Shown here: piece by piece, positions 1 to 12,114 of the stretch
Layout: each line of letters begins with the position of its first letter
Position numbering within the stretch: the first letter of the stretch is position 1
Source of the DNA: Alphaproteobacteria bacterium
Lineage (GTDB): Bacteria; Pseudomonadota; Alphaproteobacteria; Bin95
Length of the DNA: 32,000 bases
Direction of reading: 5' to 3'
Assembly: GCA_965205265.1 (NCBI GenBank)
Contig: CBDBGH010000001.1
Coordinates: 95,750-127,749 of the forward strand
Program-made: the position numbers and the translations under genes
Notes under the pieces: generated by a model
Seen by the model: only the letters and a program-made list of their open reading frames with translations
Database searches by the model: none
Told to the model about the DNA's origin: nothing

Positions 1-143
1 TCGGACCGACAGCGGTTACGGGGCCTGAACCGATGACCGACCGGGGCGCTGGCGACAGTGATTGACATGGAAGGAGCGATATCCATGAAAGACCGACGCC
101 CGACCCCGGAAACCGGGTCGTTCCGCCATATGGGCCGGTTGTG

Positions 144-1065
144 ATGGCGCTGCATGCTGTCGAACTGTGTGCGGGTGCAAGCGGACTGTCTCCCGAGACT
201 CGAATGCGCGGGATTCAGGCCGGTTGCCCTGGTCGACAACGACAGTCACGCCTGTGCGACCCTGCGCCTCAACAGACCGACGTGGAACATGATCGAGGCT
301 GACCTCAGGTCGATCGACCTCTCACCTTGAAGGGACGTCGATCTGCTCTCGGGCGGTCTGCCCTGTCCACCGTTTTCGGTGGCAGGTCAACAGCACGGCG
401 CGGATGACGAGCGCGACCTCTTTCCCCGGATGCTTGATATCGTGCGGCAGGTGAGACCACGCGCCGTTCTGGTCGAGAATGTCCGTGGCCTGCTGCATTC
501 GGAGTTCGAGGAAGTCCGCCGCAGGGTCGCCGACGATCTTCTTGCCCAGGGATTCCGCACGTATTGGGCGATGCTGAAAGCCGCGGATTACGCCACCCCA
601 CAGAACCGCTACCGGGTGTTTCTGATCGGGCTCCGGCACGATGTTCAGGGCGAACTGGTCTGGCCGTTCCCGAGTGACGGCGCACGTGTCACGGTCGGGA
701 ATTCGGTCGGTGATCTGATGGGCGCGAATGGGTGGAAGGGAACCAATGACTGGATCCGGACCGCAGGTCGGGTAGCGCCTACCATAGTCGGTGGCTCGAA
801 GAAGCATGGTGGCCCTGACCCTGGACCTACCCGGGCCCGTCGCGAGTGGGCTGGGCTGGGGGTGGACGGTCCGGGAATCGCGGATGAAGCACCGGCGCCG
901 GACTTTGAGGGGATGCCGATGCTGACGGCACGGATGGTCGCGCGCGTTCAGGGTTTTCCCGATGTGTGGAGGTTCTTCGGCGGGAAGACCCAGCAATGCC
1001 GGCAGATCGGAAATGCGCTTCCACCCCCACTCGCCGCCGCGGTGGCAGGATCGATAGCGGTATGC
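144..1065 (+). pseudogene. C5-cytosine DNA methyltransferase, interrupted by at least two frameshifts
   Basis: Motif pieces lie in different frames: MALHAVELCAGASGLS (motif I, from ATG 144), then LECAGFRPVALVDNDSHACATLRLNRPTWNMIEADLRSIDLSP, then DVDLLSGGLPCPPFSVAGQQ (PC motif), RPRAVLVENVRG, and C-terminal QCRQIGNALPPPLAAAVAGSIA. Frame changes occur near 181-200 and near 328. Confidence 0.8.
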
Positions 1066-1628
1066 CTTCGTTGGCGGGTCGGGCCGGAATCGCGGATTTC
1101 CTCCGCAGAAACGTCGGTGTGGTGGTCACCACCGAGCGGATATACGAGGCGAGTGGACGGCAGGGGCAGTATGGGCGGCGGCTACGGGAGCTGCGCAACC
1201 TGTTCGGATGGAAGATCAGCAGCCACAACGACCGTGCCGACCTGAAGCCAGGTGAGTATGTTCTCGAGGAACCGCCGCCGGAGAAACACACCTACAGATT
1301 TGGAAAGGGTATATCCAGCCGCCTTCGGGCACAGGTCCTGGAGCGCAATGGCTACACGTGCCGGATGTGCGGGGCAGGGGTTGGCGACACAATGGTCGAC
1401 GGCCGCAGGGTGCGGCTTCACATCGGACATATCACGGACAGAAGCCATGGTGGTTCCGACACCCTCGGCAACCTGCGTGTTCCCTGCAGTGAATGCAATC
1501 AGGGCGCGAAGAATCTCGTTCAGGAGCCTCCCTCGTGCGTCTGGTTGATGAGTCAGGTTCGAAGGGCCAGGGAAGATGACCAACGCGCTGTACTGGACTG
1601 GCTGGCGCGCAGGATCGGGTCCATTTGA
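1062..1628 (+). CDS. HNH endonuclease, probable restriction partner of the upstream C5 methyltransferase
   Basis: ORF from ATG 1062; CRMCGAG...LHIGHITDRSHGGSDTLGNLRVPCSECNQGAKN is a Cys-bracketed HNH motif; N-terminal region FLRRNVGVVVTTERIYEASG...RRLRELRNLFGWKISSHNDRADLKPGEYVL. Confidence 0.75.
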   Translation: MPSLAGRAGIADFLRRNVGVVVTTERIYEASGRQGQYGRRLRELRNLFGWKISSHNDRADLKPGEYVLEEPPPEKHTYRFGKGISSRLRAQVLERNGYTCRMCGAGVGDTMVDGRRVRLHIGHITDRSHGGSDTLGNLRVPCSECNQGAKNLVQEPPSCVWLMSQVRRAREDDQRAVLDWLARRIGSI

Positions 1629-1804
1629 GTGGACTGATGGACGTTCGCCGCGAAACGCTGAACCTGTCCATTCAGGGACCGGTGTCTCCATCCGTTGCCG
1701 CTTACCGCCGTAAAGCCCCGTTCTTCGGGGCGGGGATATGAGGCGCAGGCACCTTGGCGCTTCCCTGGCATCGACGGATGCCTGCGCAGGGAATCCCTGG
1801 ACAT

Positions 1805-1841
1805 TTCACTGCCCGGCCTTTGCCTGTTTGGCCGCAGTGAA
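1805..1841. other. Imperfect hairpin, possible terminator region
   Basis: TTCACTGCCCGGCC ... GGCCGCAGTGAA, near-perfect inverted arms about 130 bp beyond the 3' end of the minus-strand ATPase gene. Confidence 0.3.
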
Positions 1842-1968
1842 GCCAATCCAGCGTGAAAAGTCCACGAAACGGAATTCGCGACGCCCGCGCAACAGACTGA
1901 TAATGAACGAAAGGAATTTCTGGCGGGAATTGCTGCGACACCCTCGGCAATCTGCGTGTTCTCTGCAG

Positions 1969-3240
1969 TCACTGTTCCAGACGGCTGACCGGAGCCAGCC
2001 CACCGGCCTTGAGGAGGAAGTTTCGGAACGAGGGGATGGGACAGTGAATGGTCCTGTCCGGCTTCATGTGCAGGGCACCCTGATGGATGAGATGGTTGAG
2101 GAAATCCTCCGCGTCCTTACCTTTGGGCAGCCGCTGGCCGGGACGGTCGGCGACATTGCCTTCGATGATTCCCTGTATTTCCCCGGGATGCATTCCGTCC
2201 TCTGACTCCGCCATCACCCGGGCCACAAGGATACTGGCGTTCATCATTTCCCGGCTCTGCTGGAGATGGTAATGGTTCCGCCGGCTTTCCGCTGATTCAC
2301 GCATGGCTTCCAGCCAGTCGATTGTGGCCAGGTCGCCATCGGTCTTCAATACACCCCGTCCCATGGCCTGCAGGGCGAAATGCAGGTGCCTTGGCCAGCC
2401 CTTGCAGGGCGCGGCCAGGGCCATGAGCCTGCTCTCCTGCCCGGTGGCTCCGATGCCGAAATGGTCGCAGAAGGAAAGCATGAGGTCCATGACCTCGACA
2501 TAGCCACCCCGTTCCGGATCCGGTTCCGTGGACAGGGCCCCGATCTCCCTGACGGACAGCCTTGTCAGGCCCAGCTCGGCGACCACGTCCGCCGTGTCGC
2601 CCAATCCACCGAGAACCAGCGACAGGGGCAGGGTTGAGCGGCCGTTATGGAGCGTACGCAGGAATACAGCATGAGGCATGCGTCTGTCCTCGGTCAGGTT
2701 CTGGGCCTCGTCGATGCAGACGATGACCGGCCCCTGCCATTTCCTCGCCGGGAATCTCTTCGCCAGGGACAGGACATTCTCCGGGCAGGTATTGTCGCGC
2801 ACCGTCGATGACAGGGCCGCCTCAGCCTTGACGGCCTGCAGGTCCACGCCCAGGGCGGACTTCGAGGATATCCCTTTCCACATCTCCGGTGACAGCCCGC
2901 CAGCCAGTCCGATGAGTTCGATTACGTCAGGCAATCCATCCATCAGTTCCTCGCTGGAAAGGGTGACGACCCGCGACTGTTCCGGCAGGTGGGCGCGGGT
3001 GCCGACCGAGCGTTCCCTGAGTTCGTCGATGAGGGCGGTCTTGCCGGCGCCGGGTGCGCCCTGCACGACTGTGGTGGCCTTTCCCACGCCATGGATGTGG
3101 GCGCCCGGTCCTTTCCAGCTGGCGCTGGCGTAGCCCTTGATCCGGTTCAGGATATCCCCGCGTCCGATGTAGACAGGGGGAGTGTCGCCATCGGTGGTGT
3201 TGACGAAGTCCTGCAGGGCCTCTCTCCTGAATTCCGTCAT
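1969..3240 (-). CDS. AAA+ / P-loop ATP-binding protein
   Basis: 423 aa ORF; Walker A GAPGAGKT, Walker B-like VIVCIDEAQN, later LSLVLGGLGDT (sensor-like region). Confidence 0.75.
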   Translation of the reverse strand: MTEFRREALQDFVNTTDGDTPPVYIGRGDILNRIKGYASASWKGPGAHIHGVGKATTVVQGAPGAGKTALIDELRERSVGTRAHLPEQSRVVTLSSEELMDGLPDVIELIGLAGGLSPEMWKGISSKSALGVDLQAVKAEAALSSTVRDNTCPENVLSLAKRFPARKWQGPVIVCIDEAQNLTEDRRMPHAVFLRTLHNGRSTLPLSLVLGGLGDTADVVAELGLTRLSVREIGALSTEPDPERGGYVEVMDLMLSFCDHFGIGATGQESRLMALAAPCKGWPRHLHFALQAMGRGVLKTDGDLATIDWLEAMRESAESRRNHYHLQQSREMMNASILVARVMAESEDGMHPGEIQGIIEGNVADRPGQRLPKGKDAEDFLNHLIHQGALHMKPDRTIHCPIPSFRNFLLKAGGLAPVSRLEQ

Positions 3241-3255
3241 GGGAATGTCCTTCCG

Positions 3256-4018
3256 GGATGATCAGGCGTTTCCATCCTATTGCGGAAAACGGTCATTGTC
3301 CAAGGGATACGGAAAGGTGCGGCGACACCGCTCCATGAACCGCCGTCTGGCCGCACCGCCCGGCCACCCTCGCGGTGGTTGATTCGTGTCCGGCTTCCGG
3401 ATACCGGATCAGAAAGGGTTCTCCAGCGCCACCCCTGTGGGCGCGAAATCCCTGGTGTTCCGCGTGATCACCGTGGCGCCATGGCGCAGCGCCTTCGCCG
3501 CGGTCATGGGATCCGCGCCGGTGTGGCCGGTCTCCGCGCTGAGGCGTCCCCGGATGCGCGCGTCCTCCGCCCCGAAGTCCAGGATCCGGTCGGCGAACAC
3601 CAGCAGGTCGCGGGCGAAGTCCGGATTCCGGCGCCTCTGCCGCTGGATGCCGCGCTCGACCCCGCCCACGGTGACGGCGCTGATGTAGAGGCTGTCCTCC
3701 GGCCTGCCGCGCGGGAACGCCGCGACCTGCGGTGCCCGTTCCGGCCTCCGCGCGGCCGGGGAGCACATCGGTGTCGGCCACATACACCCGGAACTCCACA
3801 TCGCGGGGCGTGACCTGCGCCCGCTCCACCCCAGGGGCCGGGAATGCCGGCAGGTGCCCGGCGAAGCTCTCCCTGCGCTCCACCGCGCCGCCGATGAGAT
3901 GTCGGTCATCGGTGGCGCCGGGAACCACCACCGCCGGCCTGCCGCGGCGGCTCACCTCCTGCGGCCTGCCGGCCAGCGCCGCCTCCACCACGGCGGAGAA
4001 TCTGTTCTTCGCGTCCTG
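3256..4018 (-). repeat. Copy 1 of a Phd-like antitoxin / PIN-toxin repeat, truncated at the antitoxin N-terminus
   Basis: Shares TCCGGGATGAT...CGTTTCCATCCTATTGCGGA...CCGTCTGGCCGCACCG and the entire PIN coding sequence with 8014..8845; similarity stops at GCGTCCTG (4018). Confidence 0.8.
3409..3880 (-). pseudogene. PIN-domain toxin (VapC-like), N-terminus frameshifted
   Basis: RRPERAPQVAAFPRGRPEDSLYISAVTVGGVERGIQRQRRRNPDFARDLLVFADRILDFGAEDARIRGRLSAETGHTGADPMTAAKALRHGATVITRNTRDFAPTGVALENPF; the YVADTDVL start lies in a different frame. Confidence 0.7.
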
Positions 4019-5439
4019 GGGTCAATTAAGGCTCAGTGCCAAATCCTGCGTCAAGCCCTCTGGGTCCCTTGCAATGTGCGATAGACGGTTGCCCTCATTA
4101 CCCATATAGGTCGTTGCCAATGGCACCGGTGTCGAAACGGTCCCCAAGGACGAAGTCGAAGTCGAAATCCTCCGCAGTGATCTGCGACGCCCGTATCCCG
4201 ACCAAGGTGACGGATCCGCTGTCCCAGGTGATCACGGTGTTCTCGCCCGACTGACTGATCGTGAGATCCTCAAGCTTCGTCCTGAGCGCCTCCCCAACAA
4301 TGGACGCCGGGACTGACTTGAACGCCAGAATGTCCGTCCCGTCCTCGAAATCCTCGATCGTCGCATGGCCGCCGTAATCTCTCCAGGATTTTCTCGCGAG
4401 CAGGAAAATATCGTTGCCGTCGCCACCATGGAGCGTATCGTGGGCTGGGCCAACAGCGAGAATTTCGTTGCCCTCTTCGTCATAGTGCGTAAAATAGTCT
4501 GGGCCAACAGCGAGAATGTCGTTGCCCTCACCGCCATAGAGCGTGTCGTCGCCAAATCCGCCGATGAGCAGGTCGTTACCTGCACCTCCGTAAAGGGTGT
4601 CGTTGCCCCAGCTGCCCCAGAGCCCGTCCATGCCGTCGCCGCCTCTGAGCGTGTCGTTGCCGTCGCCGCCGTCGAGGTGATCATTGCCGTTGCCACCCTC
4701 CAACGTGTCGTCGCCGTCGCCACTATGGAGTTCGTCGTTGCCGTCGCCGCCGTACAGCCTGTCGTCGCCCTTGCCGCCATTCAGGTCGTCGTCGCCGCCA
4801 CCGCCGTAGAGGGTGTCGTCGCCGTATTCGCCGGCCAGCCAGTCGTTGCGCTTGCCGCCGTACATCTTGTCGTTGCCGTCGCTGCCAAGGATGACGGCGT
4901 CGAAGTTGCTCCAGCCGCCGCCGATGCCTCCGTCAGTGTCGTAGTCGACATGCCGGGTGAAGCCCCTGGGCAGCGCGAAGTCGCCCCCATCGAGGGTGTC
5001 CGCCGACACACCTGTCAGCCTGATGGTGTCGCCATCGCCGTAGCGAACAAGGGCATCGGCGCCATCCTGCTCGATGACCAGCCCCGCGAACCCGCCCGCC
5101 TCGCCATCGATGCGGATCGTGTCGCCGTCCTCGAAGTCGGCAATGGTGTCGTGGCCGTCCCCTGCCTTGAACACGAAGGTGTCGTCGCCCAGGCCGCCCC
5201 TCAGCCAGTCGTCACCCTCCCCGCCGTTAAGAGTGTCGTTGCCCTTGCCGCCCCTGAGCGTGTCGGCGCCCCTGCCGCCGTTAAGAATATCGTCACCTTT
5301 GCGGCCTATCAGGGTGTCGTCGCCGTCTCCGCCGTCGAGGGTATCGGCGCCATTTTCGCCCTTCCGCGTCACTCCGGCGGTCTTCCGCTGGGCCGGGTCG
5401 GACCCTTCACCTCGTATGTTCAAAGAATCAGAAATGAAA

Positions 5440-6679
<1,240 letters not shown>

Positions 6680-8187
6680 CGCCGGGACGGACCGCGTCCG
6701 TCCGGCACCGGAACGAATCACCCGCGGGCCGGCCGGGGTCTCCCCGGCGGGCGTTTCCGGCGTGCCCGGACGGCACCCCCTGTGGGGAACGCTGTGGAAA
6801 GGTCCGGGACAGCCGCACACGGAACCCGGAAAAAACGGAAAAAAAGCCGGATCCGGGCTTGATTTCCAACATGGATGCTTCCTCGCCTTCCGTCCGCGTC
6901 ACCTGCTCCAGGACGGGGCCTTCCCCGTCGCCGTCACCCTCGCCGTTCGGGGCGTCGTCGTCATCGCCTTCCGTCTGCGTCACCTTCGCCAGGATAGGGC
7001 CGTCGCTCTCGGCGGGAGGAAACTCGAAGCGGTTCCTTCCAAGCGTCTCCGCCGACACGCCCGACAGCCTGATGGTGTCGCCGTCGCCGTAGCGGATGAC
7101 GGTATCGGCGCCGTCCCGCTCGATGACCAGCGCCTCGAAGCCCCCGGATACGCCGGTGATCCTGATGGTGTCGCCGTCCCCGAAGTCGGAGATCCTGTCG
7201 TGGCCGTCCCCGACCGCGAACGCGAAGGTGTCGGCGCCGATGCCGCCCGACATCCAGTCATCGCCCCGGCCGCCCCTCAGTGTGTCGTCGCCGCGCCCGC
7301 CCCACAGCGTGTCGACGCCCTCGCCGCCGTCGAGCGTGTCGTTGCCGTCGCCGCCGTAGAGGGTGTCGTCGCCCGCGTCGCCGTGCACGGTGTCATCGCC
7401 GGACCAGCCGTCGAGCGTGTCGCCGCCCGCGCCGCCATGGAGGGTGTCGTTGCCGTCGCCGCCCGTAAGCGTGTCCGCCGCCGCGCCGCCGCGCAGGGTG
7501 ATGCCTTCAGCTGTCATCATTCATCCTCCCGTTGGTGAAAGCTGGTGAAACCGGTCAGGCCGCCGCCCGAGGCCGGTCCAGCGCAGGACGGCCGCGGCGG
7601 TCTGGAATGTCGCGAAAGGGAAAAGGGGCGGGGAGGCGTCCGGACCCGGACGCCCGGCGTCAGGCGGCGGAGGCGCGGATGCTCCCCCGGCTGCCCCTGA
7701 CTTTTAGGGGGGGGGGAACTCCACTCTTCCTGCCATGCCGACACTCCCATGGTGCGTGGGCCGGTGCCCGTTCCGCCGCGCCACAATGGCACATGCCGGG
7801 GCTGGATGCAAGCCCACCGATGTGACCCCATGTCGCATATGGTGGTGAAAGGCTGAACAGCCGTCAGGGGCAATCCGGCACCTCGCCGTCCCCCTCCGGC
7901 GCGCGCGGCGCCACGGAGGTCGTCGGATCCGTCGCTGTCCATCGGCGGGCCACCCCGGCGCCTCCGCCTCTCGATGGCGTGCCGCAGCTGATGGGCGAAC
8001 GGTTGTTGGCCGTCCGGGATGATAGGGCGTTTCCATCCTATTGCGGAGAACCGTCATTGTCCAAGGGATACGGAAAGGTGCGGCGACACCGCTCCATGAA
8101 CCGCCGTCTGGCCGCACCGCTGATGCGTAGGTCTCCATCCGGCCACCCTCGCGGTGGTTGATTCGTGTCCGGCTTCCGGATACCGGA

Positions 8188-8560
8188 TCAGAAAGTGTTC
8201 TCCAGCGCCACCCCTGTGGGCGCGGGATCCCCGGTGTTCCGCGTGATCACCGTGGCGCCATGGCGCAGCGCCGTCGCCGCGGTCATGGGATCCGCGCCGG
8301 TGTGGCCGGTCTCCGCGCTGAGGCGTCCCCGGATGCGCGCGTCCTCCGCCCCGAAGTCCAGGATCCGGTCGGCGAACACCAGCAGGTCGCGGGCGAAGTC
8401 CGGATTCCGGCGCCTCTGCCGCTGGATGCCGCGCTCGACCCCGCCCACGGTGACGGCGCTGATGTAGAGGCTGTCCTCCGGCCTGCCGCGCAGGAACGCC
8501 GCGACCTGCGGCGCCCTTTCCGGCCTCCGGGCGGCCGGGGAGCACATCGGTGTCGGTCAC
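8188..8560 (-). pseudogene. PIN-domain toxin (VapC-like), frameshifted after VTDTDVL
   Basis: GTG at 8560 gives VTDTDVL, then the frame shifts to PAARRPERAPQVAAFLRGRPEDSLYISAVTVGGVERGIQRQ...ALRHGATVITRNTGDPAPTGVALENTF. Confidence 0.65.
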
Positions 8561-8812
8561 CTACACCCGGAACTCCACATCGCGGGGCGTGACCTGCGCC
8601 CGCTCCACCCCAGGGGTCGGGAATGCCGGCAGATGCCCGGCGAAGCTCTCCCGGCGCTCCACCGCGCCATCGATGAGATGTCGGTCATCGGCGGCGCCGG
8701 GAACCACCACCGCCGGCCCGCCGCGGCGGCTCACCTCCTGCGGCCCGCCGGACCACGCCGCCTCCACCACGGCGGAGAATCTGTTCTTCGCGTCCTGCAG
8801 GGTCCAGGTCAT
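8561..8812 (-). CDS. Phd/YefM-like antitoxin
   Basis: 83 aa MTWTLQDAKNRFSAVVEAAWSGGPQEVSRRGGPAVVVPGAADDRHLIDG..., preceded by GGAGGTGAAC before the ATG. Confidence 0.75.
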   Translation of the reverse strand: MTWTLQDAKNRFSAVVEAAWSGGPQEVSRRGGPAVVVPGAADDRHLIDGAVERRESFAGHLPAFPTPGVERAQVTPRDVEFRV

Positions 8813-8984
8813 GTTCACCTCCGAAATCCATCTGGCCATATGACTGGCCAGACAGGCGACTGCAACCACATCCGGTCATGAGGATGGCGCGGGCGGCGTG
8901 GGAGAGCCGCTTCGGGGCTGCGATCACCTCTCCCTTCCGTATGGATGCTTGACGGAAGGTCCGCCACCCCACTATCGGTGCAGG

Positions 8985-10255
8985 ATGGAGAGCGACCAGC
9001 GCAATGAAGCCAATTTCGCCAGCGGCACCGTCTGGACCGGGGACAACCTTCCGGTGCTGCGGGGTCTCAACTCCGCATGCGTTGACCTGATCTACCTTGA
9101 CCCGCCGTTCAACTCGAACCGGCACTGCGAGGCCCCGATAGGGTCGAAGGCGGCCGGGGCGAGCTTCAAGGACGCATGGACACTGGACGACGTTGACGTG
9201 CACGAGCACGGCGATCTGGCGGACCGGAACCCGCTGGCCTATTCGGTCATCGAGTCCGCGAGGCAGGCGCATGGCAAGGGCATGCAGTCCTACCTGATCT
9301 TCATGGCCGTCCGGCTCATGGAGATGCGCCGCGTGCTTTAAGGACACCGGCTCGGTCTACCTCCACTGCGACGACACCGCCGGGCATTGGCTCCGGGTCT
9401 TGATGGACGGAATCTTCGGGCGGGCCGCCTTCCGCAATGAGATCGTGTGGAAGCGGATCGGCAACCACAACGACGCTGGCCGGTTCGGGCGCACCGGTGA
9501 CCGTCTCCTGTTCTACGGTTCGGACATTCAGCGGGAAGGGGTGCGGATTCCGCTTTCCGGCAGCAACCTGCGCTCGAAGTACCGGTACCGCGACGGACGC
9601 GGACGGTACAGGAAGGGAGACCTGACAGGGGCAGGGACCAGTGACGGAGAGGCGGGAGCCGTGGCGTGGCTGGAATCCCTCTGACATCGGGCGGCACTGA
9701 AGCGTTCCCCGGCCCGGCGACTACGCGGCCTGGATCGAGACCGGCCCCATTCCCGGCTATCGGGCCGAGAAAGGCGTCCTGGCGCGGCTCGACATGCTGC
9801 ATGACGCGGACCTGATCGCCTTCACGGCGAACGGCACGCCGGAACTGAAGCGCTACCTCGCCGCCAGTCCGGGTCAGGTGCCGCCCGATGTATGGACGGA
9901 CATTCCCCCGGTGAACTCCCAGGCGAAGGAGCGGACGGGCTACCCGACACAGAAGCCGCTCGCGCTGCCTGACCGGATCATCCGGGCGTCCAGCGGTCCG
10001 GGTGACATGGTTCTCGACCCGTTCTGCGGCTGCGCCACCGCGCTTGTCGCCGCCGACAGGCTGCAGAGGCGTTGGGCCGGAATTGACCTTTCGGCGCTGG
10101 CGGTGAGTCTGGTGAACGAACGCATCGAGAGCGACAGGGCATCCGGCAGGCCGGGCCATCACATCGGCGGCAATCTCCGGGGCGGCGCCACGGCGCTGGA
10201 GATTCCGCCTGTGCGCACGGACCTTGGTGAGCTGGCCAGCTCTACCGTGTCATGA
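8985..10255 (+). pseudogene. Site-specific N4/N6 DNA methyltransferase, broken into three pieces
   Basis: DLIYLDPPFNSNRH...; extra T at CTTTAAGGAC breaks MRRVLKDTGSVYLHCDD; a second frame change at GEAG/PWRGWNPSDIGRH; then an in-frame TGA where Trp is expected (GRH[W]SVPRPGDYAAWIE); C-terminal TQKPLALPDRIIRASSGPGDMVLDPFCGCATALVAADRLQRRWAGIDLS. Confidence 0.8.
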
Positions 10256-10344
10256 TAACTCTGCATGGCGACGTGCCATTCCGCTCCGCGCAGCGCATGC
10301 CTCCGGCCGGCCTCGAAGCCGATCCCGTGATCCAGCGCGGCGCT

Positions 10345-11902
10345 GGTCAGCCGCGTCTGGCCGTGCCACATGATCCGGTTTCCCGGCTCCGCGTCGGTGA
10401 ACATCAGCTGCGGGCCGCGGTCGGGGACCTGGCGCCCGAGCAGGGTCATGGCCATGATCCGCAGGCGATGACCGCGTTGATGGCGACCGCCCGCCGCAGC
10501 CGTCCGGCGGTGCGGACCGGGATCACCCGCGTCCTTCCGCCGACCTCGCGGACGGCGTCGGCGATGTCGTCGAAGCCCTCCAGCCAGCGCTCCGTCTTCC
10601 GACGCTCCTCCGCCTCCTCCGGCGTCCGGTCCGTCCCGTCCTTCGGGGACGCCTTCGCCGGGTCGAAGCCCAGCCGGGGCAGGCCGATGTCCGTCACCGC
10701 CAGCGTCGCGTGCATGTGCAGGCCCAGCGTCGAGGACGTGGCCCGGTTCCCGCCGATGGGCTCCAGGCCGTCGCAGCCGGGGCGGCGCGGGAGGTTCAGG
10801 TCCGTCCCGTCCTGGATGGCCAGGACCGTCCGCTGGCCCCGGATCCTCTGGACGGTCCGCCCGCGGTGCGTCGCCAGGATGTTCGGCGCCGTCACCTCCG
10901 ACCCGTCCGGCGACCCGGTCATGCGGTGGAAGCCGGCGACGTCGCTGTCCCCGCTGTCGCTGGAGGCGTTGATCCTCTGTCCGGGACACCCCGCCAGGAG
11001 GCCGGCGCTCCTGACCAGCCGTGCCGGGAGCCGTCCGTCGCCCAGGGGTGCCCCTCCGGACCCGTTCTCCGCCCGGACCGCCGCGTCCAGGCCCTCGCCG
11101 GGCCCAAGCGACGGCGCATGGTCCACATGCGGGACCCCCAGCCTGCGGCGCCAGGACCGCTCCAGACCGCGCATGAACACCGTCCTCACGGTCCTCTCCC
11201 GCCGGTGCTCCCGGTCCTGCCGGCCAAGCCCGGCCGTGGCGCCGAGGCACAGGAAGCCCGCCGCCCGCAGGCGGATCCCCTCATACCCCCCGTCGGCGAA
11301 GCTCCCAGCCAGCCAGGGACGGAATCCGTGGCGTTCCGCGAAGTCGTCCGGCAGGCGGCGCAGGATGCGGCTGGCAAGGTGCGGGCAGCGCACCGGGGGC
11401 CGGACCAGAAAGCGGCTCAGGCAGACGACGCGGGCGGGGTGCGCCCGCCGCCCCGCGTCGTCCCACGCGATCCAGCGGTCCCGCGCCGCGACCCGCAGCG
11501 CGGCGGCCGGGAACCCCGCCGCGCCGAGCCAGCCGTGGTCCGAGCCGACCAGATGGCGCACCTGGCGGCCCGCGAAGACCGCCATCCCGTGCGGGTGCTC
11601 CCGCGCCATCAGCGTGTTCCACCTCCGGGACCCCTGCGCCGGGCAGGCGCGGCCCGCCCGTCACCGCCGGCGCCTTCGGCGGCGGTAGCGCGATGCCCGG
11701 CTCGCGTTCGGCCAGGGCGGCCGTGCGCCTTCAGGCAGCCGGACAGCTGCGGGCGGCCGCGTGCGTCGACGAACGGGAACTCACCGCAGACGCGCCGGCC
11801 CAGCGCGCTCCGGGTGTCGAACCGCTCCCGCGACAGGATCTCCGTGACCCGCGCGACCGCCGCCGCGTCCCGCAGCGTGCGGCTGATCTGTGACTGTGCC
11901 AT
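10345..11902 (-). pseudogene. DUF4338-domain / IS4-type (Tn5-like) transposase remnant
   Basis: Start MAQSQISRTLRDAAAVARVTEILSRERFDTRSALGRRVCGEFPFVDARGRPQLSGCLKA, then other frames: MAREHPHGMAVFAGRQVRHLVGSDHGWLGAAGFPAAALRVAARDRWIAWDD...VRCPHLASRILRRLPDDF (DUF4338-like), RTVLAIQDGTDLNLPRRPGCDGLEPIG (IS4-like), and tail AVIAWRIMAMTLLGRQVPDRGPQLMFTDAE in yet another frame. Confidence 0.65.
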
Positions 11903-12105
11903 GCCGCATTCCTGGCCTGCGGAATTCACGTTGTTCAGAACTTTTTTTGTAGACATGGTAGGGCGGGTCTGCGTCCTCACCGCCCGCACCCGCGACGCGC
12001 GGGAGAAGGCGTCACGTCCCAGGCCGGGCGTCTGCGAGGTCCCGCTCTCTGTGGTCCGCAGGCCGGCGGCGATGTGGCCGGGAGAGAAATGCCGGTCGGG
12101 CACGT

Positions 12106-12114
12106 AATCGGAAA
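12106..12114. repeat. Left target-site duplication AATCGGAAA
   Basis: Identical 9-mer at 15100..15108. Exact length is uncertain by 1 bp because of junction ambiguity; 8 bp is expected for IS1595. Confidence 0.75.

Larger units (their letters stand above)
8014..8845 (-). repeat. Copy 2 of the Phd-like antitoxin / PIN-toxin repeat
   Basis: Same orientation and sequence as copy 1, plus an extra TGATGCGTAGGTCTCCAT-type segment near 8110; retains the full antitoxin start. Confidence 0.8.

Noticed and set aside
1738-2205. 155-aa plus-strand ORF near the ATPase 3' end
   Set aside because: Mostly antisense to the ATPase C-terminus, no recognisable motifs.
4300-5400. Tandem repeats in the RTX region as a CRISPR or satellite array
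   Set aside because: The periodicity is explained by 9-residue GGxGxDxLx coding repeats; no identical direct repeats with unique spacers.
10345-11902. Druantia-type defence protein based on the DUF4338-like segment
   Set aside because: Downstream IS4/Tn5-like motifs and the missing Druantia partners point to a transposase.
10252-12107. Long plus-strand ORFs (478 and 465 aa) over the transposase remnant
   Set aside because: Shadow frames; minus strand carries recognisable DUF4338/IS4 motifs.
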